NCBI RefSeq assembly: GCF_001194135.2
Contig: NC_068982.1
Location: 127,173,308-127,237,307 of the forward strand
Reading direction: 5' to 3'
Length of the DNA: 64,000 bases
From: Octopus bimaculoides
Lineage: Eukaryota
In this document: positions 24,469 through 34,902 of the stretch, piece after piece
Numbering within the stretch: the stretch's first letter is position 1
Layout of the letters: every line of letters begins with the position of its first letter
Notes under the pieces: model-generated
What the model saw: the letters and a program-made list of their open reading frames with translations, nothing else
What the model was told of the DNA's origin: nothing
Database searches by the model: none
Translations under genes and position numbers: made by a program

Positions 24469-24978
24469 NNNNNNNNNNNNNNNNNNNNNNNNNNNNNNNN
24501 NNNNNNNNNNNNNNNNNNNNNNNNNNNNNNNNNNNNNNNNNNNNNNNNNNNNNNNNNNNNNNNNNNNNNNNNNNNNNNNNNNNNNNNNNNNNNNNNNNNN
24601 NNNNNNNNNNNNNNNNNNNNNNNNNNNNNNNNNNNNNNNNNNNNNNNNNNNNNNNNNNNNNNNNNNNNNNNNNNNNNNNNNNNNNNNNNNNNNNNNNNNN
24701 NNNNNNNNNNNNNNNNNNNNNNNNNNNNNNNNNNNNNNNNNNNNNNNNNNNNNNNNNNNNNNNNNNNNNNNNNNNNNNNNNNNNNNNNNNNNNNNNNNNN
24801 NNNNNNNNNNNNNNNNNNNNNNNNNNNNNNNNNNNNNNNNNNNNNNNNNNNNNNNNNNNNNNNNNNNNNNNNNNNNNNNNNNNNNNNNNNNNNNNNNNNN
24901 NNNNNNNNNNNNNNNTCTCTCTCTCTCTTTCTCTCTCTCTATATATATACAGGTACACACAAATATATGTATATACAA

Positions 24979-25039
<61 letters not shown>

Positions 25040-25215
25040 CATACACACACATATGTATGAATGTATATATTTATTTATATATGTATTTATATATAAAAGA
25101 ATATAAGCATAACAATCACGTTAATGGTTTTATCAAGTAGTCTGCATGCTATAAAAATTTGTAGGCAATTAATACATTAAATTAATAATAATGTACATAT
25201 GTATATAATTATATT

Positions 25216-25734
25216 AAGGGAGATCGGGCGAAAACGACCTTTCTCCGGCATGCTTGAAGTGCCGATATCTTCAAAAACAACCAAAAACTCCAGCGAAAAT
25301 ATACACATGGCCGAAAACGGGCTAGTGAGACAAAATTAGAAAGACCTCACGTTAATCGTGAATTGGTTCCAATTTCTGGACTAAAGCAAAAAATAGTTTT
25401 TTTTCCTTCGTCAACACAATACACGGGGAAGGGAAATATAAGTCCAAATAACTGTACATACCGTGCAAAGCAAGTTCATACGTTTACATAGAAATATTTG
25501 CACGTATAAGATCCAAATAAAGTCAATTTATAAATTCCCTCACGACAAAGAAGCTATATTTTGCTTTAATCCAGAAATTGGAACCAATTCACAATTAACG
25601 TGAGGTCTTTTTAATTTTCTCTCACTAGCCCGCTTTCAGCCATGTGTATATTTTAGCTGGAGTTTTTGGTAGTTTTTGAAGATATCGGCACTTCAAGCAT
25701 GCTGGAGAAAGGTCGTTTTCACCCGATCTCCCTT
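25216..25734. mobile_element. Foldback MITE with about 175-bp terminal inverted repeats
   Basis: AAGGGAGATCGGGCGAAAACGACCTTTCTCC...TTTCTGGACTAAAGCAA is mirrored by TTGCTTTAATCCAGAAA...GGTCGTTTTCACCCGATCTCCCTT with few mismatches. Confidence 0.85.
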
Positions 25735-25759
25735 CATATAATTATATTTATATATATAT

Positions 25760-25996
25760 AAAGTAGTTGTATACTGCCAACTTAACGTGACAGTCCCAAT
25801 AAAGGAATATACTACTGCTATTTAGCTCTAGGAAGCTGGACCGCTTCCTGTCGGCCTTGATACATTTTCTGTGTCCTTATGTTTGCGAGGGGGAGACAAA
25901 CTCCTCCACCCAGCCTGCATTCAGGGACATGTTTCTGAGTTTTTGCTCGTCATCAGCCTGAAGTAGCATGACTAGCTGGCTGAAGAAGTCTGCGAA
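25760..25996 (-). mobile_element. Short non-coding element carrying the hammerhead; probable Penelope-like-element terminal-repeat remnant
   Basis: A GC-richer island between TA-rich microsatellites that contains the hammerhead motif. PLE terminal repeats are known carriers of minimal type I hammerheads. The boundaries and the PLE assignment are inferred; no PLE ORF is seen. Confidence 0.4.
25920..25962 (-). ncRNA. Candidate minimal type I hammerhead ribozyme (Penelope-like-element/retrozyme type)
   Basis: Minus strand reads TTCAGG-CTGATGA-C-GAG-CAAAAA-CTC-A-GAAA-CATG-TC-CCTGAA. It has a 6-bp helix I (TTCAGG/CCTGAA), an intact CUGAUGA core, helix II GAG/CTC, GAAA, a palindromic helix III (ACATGT) and a GUC cleavage triplet. 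The 10.1-11.1 position is a non-canonical C.A. Confidence 0.7.
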
Positions 25997-26010
25997 TATA
26001 TATATATATA

Positions 26011-26060
<50 letters not shown>

Positions 26061-26191
26061 NNNNNNNNNNNNNNNNNNNNNNNNNNNNNNNNNNNNNNNN
26101 NNNNAGATAGATAGATAGATAGATAGATATAGATATAGCCATACACACATATGCATACATGTGTGCATATAAATATATATATTCTATTATT

Positions 26192-26342
26192 CTTTTTTAC
26201 TTGTTTCAGTCATTTGACTGAAGCCATGCTGGAGCACCGCCTTTAGTCGAGTAAATCGACGCCTAGTACTTATTCTATCTGACTCTTTTGCCGAACCGCT
26301 AAGTTACGGGAACGTAAACACACCAGCATCGGTTGTCAAGCG
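26192..26342 (-). mobile_element. SINE family B 3' part, interrupted
   Basis: TTTTTACTTGTTTCAGTCATTTGACTG...GCCGAACCGCTAAGTTACGGG...GGTTGTCAAGCG, then an abrupt switch to another repeat. Confidence 0.8.
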
Positions 26343-26690
26343 TTTTCCATGCTAGCATGGGTTGGACGGTTCGACTGGGGTCTGGGAAGCCAGGAGGCTG
26401 CACCAAGCCCCAATCTGATCTGGCAGTGGTTCTATAGCTAGATGCCCTTCCTAACGCCAACCACTCCGAGAGAAGTGCTTTTTACGTGCCACCGGCACAG
26501 GGGCCAGAGGAGCTGGCATCGACCACGATTGGATGGTGTTTTTACGTACCACCGGCAAGGAAGCTAATCAAAGCGGCACTGGCATCGGTCACGTTCGGAT
26601 GGTGCTTTTTACGTGCTACCGGCACGGGGGTCACCACTACAATTTCCATTTAATTTGATTTTGATATTGTTGCTGATATTGATGTACTTG
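26343..26690. mobile_element. RTE-like retroposon 3' fragment abutting or inserted in the family B SINE
   Basis: Contains GATGCCCTTCCTAACGCCAACC, resembling invertebrate RTE-derived tails, and three copies of an internal GTG(C/T)TTTTTACGT.C.ACCGGCA unit. The class is assigned from recalled similarity only. Confidence 0.5.
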
Positions 26691-27503
26691 ACTCATATAT
26701 ATATATATATATATATATAAGAATAAGGGCAGAGAATCGTCAATTAATAATAGAATTAATAATTAACAATTCTGCCAAGTAGTTCAGTATGAAAAAAACC
26801 TTTATCGGTAAAACTATTTATCATTATAAATATACAGGGATTAGCAATTGAGTTGCTTCTCCAACATACTGAAAATTTAGAAATAGCAGTCAAAGAACTA
26901 CTGATTCCAAACTACNNNNNNNNNNNNNNNNNNNNNNNNNNNNNNNNNNNNNNNNNNNNNNNNNNNNNNNNNNNNNNNNNNNNNNNNNNNNNNNNNNNNN
27001 NNNNNNNNNNNNNNNNNNNNNNNNNNNNNNNNNNNNNNNNNNNNNNNNNNNNNNNNNNNNNNNNNNNNNNNNNNNNNNNNNNNNNNNNNNNNNNNNNNNN
27101 NNNNNNNNNNNNNNNNNNNNNNNNNNNNNNNNNNNNNNNNNNNNNNNNNNNNNNNNNNNNNNNNNNNNNNNNNNNNNNNNNNNNNNNNNNNNNNNNNNNN
27201 NNNNNNNNNNNNNNNNNNNNNNNNNNNNNNNNNNNNNNNNNNNNNNNNNNNNNNNNNNNNNNNNNNNNNNNNNNNNNNNNNNNNNNNNNNNNNNNNNNNN
27301 NNNNNNNNNNNNNNNNNNNNNNNNNNNNNNNNNNNNNNNNNNNNNNNNNNNNNNNNNNNNNNNNNNNNNNNNNNNNNNNNNNNNNNNNNNNNNNNNNNNN
27401 NNNNNNNNNNNNNNNNNNNNNNNNNNNNNNNNNNNNNNNNNNNNNNNNNNNNNTATGAAGAATCTTTTGTCGAAAAAATCGACACTAGGGCTTTTTTTTT
27501 GTA

Positions 27504-27798
27504 AAGCCCAGTACTTATTCTATCGATTTCTTTCGCCGGACCGCTAGTTATGTTGACGTAAACATGTCAAGTGGTGGAAGTGGACACACACAAACACAGA
27601 CAGACACAGACGCGCGCGCACACACACACATATACACGACGGGCTTCTTTCAGTTTCCATCTATCAAATCCACTTACAAGGCTTTGGTCAGCCCATGGCG
27701 ACAGTAGAAGACACTTGCCTAAGGTGCCACCGCAGTGAGATTGAACCCGGAACCATTTGGTTGAGAAGCAAGCTTCATACCACAAAGTCACGCCTGCA
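27504..27798 (-). mobile_element. SINE family B copy
   Basis: ACGACGGGCTTCTTTCAGTTTCC...AAATCCACTTACAAGGCTTTGGTC...AGAAGACACTTGCCTAAGG. Confidence 0.85.
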
Positions 27799-28298
27799 CC
27801 TATTGCTTACCAAATTTTATTCCAAAGGCTTAAATCGACTCTACACAATAGCAAAAGATCCATCGCACCGCCCAATGGAATCGCATCCACAACTGTGTAG
27901 TGGCGAATGCACTTAACCTTCTCACCTAAAGTTTGAACTTAGAGACTTTACTAACATAGCACAAAACTCTTTCTCCGACGCTCTACCGACTGAATTCGGC
28001 ATTCACTTCCCTTAGTCGTAAATAATTGCGTTAAATACTGTAAAATGTTTTGCGATATCAGGTGAAGAAAAAATAAGAATGACAGCGGGAAAGAGAGAAA
28101 GAAACAGGGAAAACATGAAAGTTAGGCTTACGTAACACGAGAATTCACATTTGTTGTCTGTGATGTGTTTCGATCTTTAATTCTTTTATTCTGTTTTCCT
28201 TCAAACCATTTTTTGTAGGGAGTGATAGTGGTAGTGGTGGTGGTGGGTCTATAGGATATAACTATTCGTCCTTTTTAGAACGTCAGGTGGGGGAAGAA

Positions 28299-28329
<31 letters not shown>

Positions 28330-28571
28330 CAAAGAGCCAAGATAAATAGCGACGAAGACATACAAAGGAAAACAGTGAGACTGAAAGAGGAAAAAAAAGT
28401 GTGATGAATGAGTGAGTGAGTGAGTGAGAGGAAGAAAGAAAGAGAGAAGATGGGGAAAAAGGCGGGAAGAAGAAATATCAATCCACCAATTAAATTTGTG
28501 GGCGTGGCTTTTGTTTCCCAGTGCAATGTTTTTAAGAGCTTATCGCATGCCTACAACATAATAAGCTAGAC

Positions 28572-28612
<41 letters not shown>

Positions 28613-28861
28613 TACACACACACACATACACATACATACAAAAATCAACACATACGCACGCAGAGTTAAAGTAACTGAGATGCGTAGGAAAACGAGTCAA
28701 GCCGAAGTAAAAGCATGGTCAGAAAAATAATCGGCAAGTAACGTATAGGATATTGTTATAATAGTAGTAGCTTGTAAAACAAAAGGCATTAAAACAAAAA
28801 GCAAATCCGGGAAGAAGTGCAGGACAGACGAAGAAAAGGAGAGAGAAGTAAATGAATGCGC

Positions 28862-28871
28862 GTCACGTGAC
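28862..28871. promoter_or_regulatory. Palindromic extended E-box GTCACGTGAC about 530 bp upstream of the nvd ATG
   Basis: A perfect 10-bp palindrome; its function is inferred only from motif and position. Confidence 0.35.
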
Positions 28872-29401
28872 CCTAACTAGTAAAGCTCGCAGTTGTCTCA
28901 GGTACTGAGCTTCGTCATCAAAGCTAGATGTGTCACTAACGTAATAACTACGATGAGTTTCCGACTAACACTTATATACACACCTTAACTCGATGTAGAT
29001 CGCCTTTTGTTTGTTGTCTCTTCAATTCATTAACATTCTCTGACCAGCTTCTACTCGTTCTTTTTGTATGTATATTTATATATATATATAAAAGTAACAC
29101 GAATACAAAATTATAAATTGATGTTTCGTTGTACATCATTTCAAAAAGTGTAGTTCTTTTTGTTTTCGTAATTTTTTTTTTGTTAATTATCTTTTCTAAA
29201 CCGCTTTGCTGAAGTTGCTTATTTTCATCCTTAATGGTTTAAAGTTTAAGAAAAAGAAAGAAAAAAAATGAACCGAAGAAAAAAGTGAAGGAAAAGAGGA
29301 AAACAAACGATAACGCGAAGTTTTTTTTTATATATATATATAAATATATATTGTATATAATTATTATACTTTTAGAAAATTTGCAAAAGAGAAATAACGA
29401 T

Positions 29402-29891
29402 ATGTATATGTGGAAGCGAATAGTTTTAATTTCTTTCATAACAGCGAGTTTTTTAACTCTTGTTGTTGTGGCAGCCCTATCAGATAGTCTGGATTTTAAA
29501 ACTTTAACTGTACCTTTATTCGAAGTGGGTGAATTTTGCAAGCATGCTGTGTCCACTGTAACTACAGATGGCTGGAGTGACCTGCTTGCACGCAATTATC
29601 TGGACTTTTTCCTTTTGTTTCGTATTGGAGTATACGCCACCCTGGCTTATGTGACCATTAGTATTTTGCGCTGGCTACACCAGTTTCTCTTCTGCACCAT
29701 GGATCGGACACGTGTACTGGGGACCACTGGATATGTACCCGATGGTGTACTCAGTATGAAAGAAATCGCTAACGGTGTACGTCGGCGAAGACGAGTCGGG
29801 GATATTCCACCTGTTTATCCCAATGGCTGGTTCGGATTAATTGAATCTCACAAACTGGCAATCAGACAGACTGTTCCTATAAGTATATTAG
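29402..29891 (+). CDS. nvd: First coding exon of Neverland/DAF-36-family Rieske cholesterol 7-desaturase (163 codons + 1 nt, phase-1 donor)
   Basis: Translation MYMWKRIVL...hydrophobic segments...RRRRRVGDIPPVYPNGWFGLIESHKLAIRQTVPISILG matches the family motif (basic patch + PP.YPNGWF..L.S..L) that precedes the Rieske domain. Homology ends at a strong donor TTAG|GTAAGT (GT at 29892-29893). The ATG at 29402 is in frame with ORF 29285..29974. The CxH/CxxH Rieske motif is expected in the next exon, which was not found. Confidence 0.85.
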
Positions 29892-30110
29892 GTAAGTCTA
29901 TTAAAAGTGCATTTATTTATTTATTTATTTATTTATTTATCAATCTGTCTAAAGCTCTTAAACTTCGTTTTTAAATATACATTAATATGATGTAGAAAAA
30001 ATAAAATAAAATCTTAACTTCGAAATAATTTCGTTGAACATAACAAAATAATGCACTACCCTCTCGCTCTCACACACATTCTCTCTCCTCTTTCTTTCTT
30101 TCTTTTTTCC

Positions 30111-30148
<38 letters not shown>

Positions 30149-30925
30149 TATGGTATACCTATCTATATATCTATCTATATGACAGGATTTCATCCTGTCT
30201 TAAGGTGTGTAACCTGAGTAGCTCTTGTCCAATAAATTGCTGATTAACGCAGGATATCAAACTTTATTCCCACTCCCCCACCTTCAAAAAAAAAAAAAAT
30301 GCGGAAAAAGAAAAAGACAAATTTCCTCGTGGAAAACTTGGGATTGCCCAAGGAAGATAGGAGTGAAATGTCGGGAAATAATACTTCTACAAAATTATGA
30401 AATATTGTTTATGTTGCGACCGCGCTTTTCTTCATAATTCTCAGTGACAAAACAAATAAAATATAAGTATTGCACTGGTTCATCCACCTAATATTACTGG
30501 TATTTAGTATTCAATTTAAAATGAAGCAGGAAAAGTTAATAGTAAGTTATCTGGTTTCGATTCCAGTAATAACTTTATCCTCCTGGTTTCACGATTCTGT
30601 TTTTGATAGTTAATTATTGTAAGTTCAAATCCAATTCAAATTTACTTTGAGGCCGATAAATAAAATACTGAGGTAAATCAACAAGATATTAGATCGACAG
30701 TATTAGATATTGAGGTGGATCCACATAAATTATTCCCCAAGAAGTTGATCGTGTTTATCCATAGTCGAAATTTTAATACTGCGTGTGTACCTTCAGTAAT
30801 TAGAATACTTTTTTTCTAAAAATCGAATCTTTTTCCGACAAAGTTCAAACTTCCAAAATAAAGCCTACACCTTAAAAAGTTCGTTTTAGCACTATCAACA
30901 ACTTTGCAAACAGAAATGATTAATG

Positions 30926-31231
<306 letters not shown>

Positions 31232-31469
31232 TGATGATAATAATAACTGAATTTCAAAGAAGGAAATTTTTCTTTATAAAGGTATTTATTTTTTTAAACT
31301 TTGATAAAGAATCTTCATCATAAATCGAAGAAAATTTGATAAATTCATAAAGATTCTGTCAAATGAATTCTGGAAAAAAAAATCATTCATTGAAAAAGAC
31401 TCGGCCAAGTTAAACCAAAATATAAAGTATCGACTTTAGGATATAGCTACATAAATGCGCCCCCCCCCC

Positions 31470-31913
31470 CTACCTGACTTTGTTTCCTCATAACTTTCAG
31501 AAAAATGTGTATTTTTATATGAAGTTTATTTCTAGGTTCCGATTATATTGGAATTTGTTGTGAAAATTTCTTGTGGGGAGAGGAATTTCGGAAAATTCAC
31601 ACGAATCGGCTTTGTTTCCTTATAACTTTCAGAAAAATGGGTATTTTGTAATGAAATTTTCTATAAATACTTTTCAGACGGTATAGATTACGTTTATATC
31701 GGGATTTGATAAGAAAATACAAAACATTTTTCTGAAATTTATCAGGAAACATAGCGGACTCGTGTGAATTTTCCAAATTCTTTTACCCATCCTTAGAAAA
31801 AAATTTCACAATTTTCGGTATAATCGGAATCTACACCATTTGAAGCGTATTTGTAGAAGAGTTCATTGAAAATATACACTTTCTGGAAGTTATGAGGAAA
31901 CAAAGTCGGGTGG
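31470..31913. mobile_element. Foldback element with nested internal subrepeats
   Basis: Outer arms are CTACCTGACTTTGTTTCCTCATAACTTTCAGAAAA / TTTCTGGAAGTTATGAGGAAACAAAGTCGGGTGG. A second inner copy of the same unit also pairs, as does GGAAAATTCACACGA / TCGTGTGAATTTTCC. Confidence 0.75.
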
Positions 31914-32644
31914 TAGCATACTTGTGTGGGTATGCTGACTTCAATGCAAGTTTTGTTGTAAGTCATGTATTTAGAGTTCGCATATCAAGTCCGTAAAAGT
32001 TACACACACACACACATACACACACACACACACATACAAATACACACAATACACAAAAAGACGTGTGTATGCGTGTGTGTGTGTATGTGTACGGACGTTG
32101 ATAAGGAATTAGCTACAAATGTTCTGTTTGTTATGTTTTTGCAAAATTTTCCGTTTGTTGTTTTTTTTAATTATTGATTTATATATATATATATATATAT
32201 ATNNNNNNNNNNNNNNNNNNNNNNNNNNNNNNNNNNNNNNNNNNNNNNNNNNNNNNNNNNNNNNNNNNNNNNNNNNNNNNNNNNNNNNNNNNNNNNNNNN
32301 NNNNNTATATATACATATACAAGGTGCGATGAATGAGTCAAGTTGCTTTTAATACCTTATGAATTCATTCATTAAATATAAAAATGGGGGCTATCTACGA
32401 AACAATGAATTTTCGATTAACTTCACACGTGAAACTGATATCTCTTACACACACACACACATCTATAAATGGCGAAGAATTATTTTATAGATCTGTATTT
32501 ATGAGTGAGGATTATATTTGTGTGTTAGCCTAGGTGTTTATGTACGCAGTTTTTTTCCTGGGAAGATTGCGTAATCTGAAAACATGGAAAAGTGGAAAGT
32601 CTACGCATTAGACGCTCGCTGTTTTGTTATTATTGAATATTAGT

Positions 32645-32762
32645 AATCCTTCGGTATTAATAGACGACGTCATTCACCCACACAACGTTCCCTCACGACA
32701 TAAATAAAGAGGCTAGGCTGAAAAAGAGGGTGAATGACGTGGTCTACTAATACCGAAGGATT
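32645..32762. repeat. Short inverted repeat / MITE remnant (about 35-bp arms)
   Basis: AATCCTTCGGTATTAATAGACGACGTCATTCACCC versus GGGTGAATGACGTGGTCTACTAATACCGAAGGATT. Confidence 0.75.
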
Positions 32763-33402
32763 GCCGTAAAAAGACAAACAGAAACGTACCCACACACATC
32801 CCAGCACGTTTCGTTCTTTTAAATAAGTTGTTTCGAAGTTGTAGATTTTGATTTAACCAGATCAAACCAAACTATCGATTGAATTCCGTTAGAGGCTAAA
32901 AGTGAAAATAGAAAGAAACCTTTTAATTCTATGTACAGCAAATGTAGTTTCTGAACCATGACGACATTCCTGATCACTTTCATTAACAATTGTTTTCACT
33001 AATTAGCGTTTCAATTTTGCAAATTGCAATTTAGTGTCAATAAAAGTCTTGTTACTCGTTCGTAGTTACTTTTCCCGCGCGACTGTCACGTGTATAGACT
33101 GTTTATCTCAATAACTGACTAGTCCGTCAAGCGGAAGTGAACTGTGGTTGTGTATTGTCAGGTATCAATAACTTCGCTGCTCTGCAACCCAAAGTCAGGT
33201 AGAGTGGCATCGATGTTGCCCCTTCGATTCGTTTGTAAAGAAAAAAAGAAAAAAAACAGAAAAATACTTGGCTTCCACGAGTGCTTTCACACACTTCGAT
33301 TATTTGTAGCCGAATTGTCTCTTATTTCACTGTCTAATTCAATACACCCCCTAAACTTTCGTGTGCATAGTCATCACACATATTTCAGAGTAATAAAAGC
33401 TG

Positions 33403-33440
<38 letters not shown>
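33403..33440. repeat. (ATT)n microsatellite
   Basis: Direct reading. Confidence 0.95.
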
Positions 33441-33957
33441 CTTTTTGTGAACTTTTAGACGGGAGGAGAAGGCGGAGTCCGTGACCGTTCACAATGTTTT
33501 TATACGGGTGGGAGGGAAGGAGAAAACCGGACACATTACTCGAATGCTCACAACAGAATGGACTCTGTTAAAGACCCCCGAGGTGCCAGGTGATGATGTT
33601 TAAAGCAGGCGACGGATTTAGTCAACCATCCAAGTAGGCCATGACAAGATTTGAACTCAGAGCGCAAAGTCAATTCACAACCTTAAATTGATAGTCTTTT
33701 TATATCGACTCCGAAAAAAACGAAGTACAAAATTGACCTTGGTGACAATTGAACTCAGAGCATAGGGCGTCGGAATATAGCCACAATGTTGATATTTTGT
33801 TTTTAAGGTAGTTATAAATATTTATTCTCATTTTTTTACCAACATTCAGACCTTTGAGGCGATTTCCTGCTTATACCAGGTTTGTTGTGGTTTCTGTCGA
33901 AACCATTCGGTCTTTCTTTTAGCCTTGCATTCGCTCTTATGATTCAGGTCGCATAGA

Positions 33958-34150
33958 TTGGACATTGTTGCTACTACAGAAACTAGATTGAGAAGACCGC
34001 GGGCTTTCCCTCCCCTCCTAAACGACTACGAGAAATTAATTTCTCTATGCCAACCTGGGGGGGGGGGCGGAGAGGTGTTTGCGGTCCTACTCAGGAAAAA
34101 TTTGAATTTACATATAAGAACAATCTTCTTTGAAGAAAGTGGCTTACATG
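33958..34150 (+). mobile_element. LINE (Tx1/L1-like) APE endonuclease fragment
   Basis: DIVATTETRLRRPRAFPPLLNDYEKLISLCQPGGGGGEVFAVLLRKNLNLHIRTIFFEESG resembles APE motifs II-III (D-hh-x-h-x-ET ... G.GG.AhLh++) of L1/Tx1 ORF2. Confidence 0.65.
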
Positions 34151-34555
34151 TTGAGAATGAACATACTTAAGGGATGACATAAAGCTTCTGAAAAGGTCCA
34201 GCGGTGGAACGTGGTATGTAGGGTCACACCCGTTCATCACTTCATCATCATCATTACATAATTTTATTTATCATAAATTTGTATAAATAACGTTTATTCC
34301 CCTCTCCCNNNNNNNNNNNNNNNNNNNNNNNNNNNNNNNNNNNNNNNNNNNNNNNNNNNNNNNNNNNNNNNNNNNNNNNNNNNNNNNNNNNNNNNNNNNN
34401 NNNNNNNNNNNNNNNNNNNNNNNNNNNNNNNNNNNNNNNNNNNNNNNNNNNNNNNNNNNNNNNNNNNNNNNNNNNNNNNNNNNNNNNNNNNNNNNNNNNN
34501 NNNNNNNNNNNNNNNNNNNNNNNNNNNNNNNNNNNNNNNNNNNNNNNNNNNNNNN

Positions 34556-34810
34556 GGGGGAGGAGGGGCCAGTCGATTAGATCGACCCAGTACTCAACTG
34601 GTACTTAATTTATCGACCCCAAAATGATAACCTCCAAATTTATCGACCCCAAAAGCGCCGCCTTTAGTTGAACAAACCGACACCAGGACTTATTCTTTGT
34701 AAGCTTAGTACTTATTCTACCAGTCTCTTTTGCCGAACCGCTCAGTTACGGGGACGTACACACCAGCATCCGTTGTCAAGCGATGGTGGGGGCACAAACA
34801 TAGACACACA

Positions 34811-34863
<53 letters not shown>

Positions 34864-34902
34864 TTATACGATGGGCTTCTTTCAGTTTCCGTCTACCAAA
34901 TC
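34556..34902 (-). mobile_element. Family A fragment joined to a family B copy
   Basis: TCGACCCAGTACTCAACTGGTACTTAATTTATCGACCCC followed by family B ACTTATTC...GCCGAACCGCT...ACGATGGGCTTCTTTCAGTTTCCGTCTACCAAATCC. Confidence 0.75.

Noticed and set aside
24241-25140. Long ORFs of 200-270 aa (similar ones at 3914, 15504, 26853 and 62295-62812)
   Set aside because: They consist of N-gap X runs plus microsatellite translations (VCVC, THTH, YIYI).
29285-29974. 229-aa ORF taken as one continuous CDS
   Set aside because: The first 39 codons are low-complexity upstream sequence, and residues after ...ISILG read through the GTAAGT donor into intron. Only 29402-29891 is supported.
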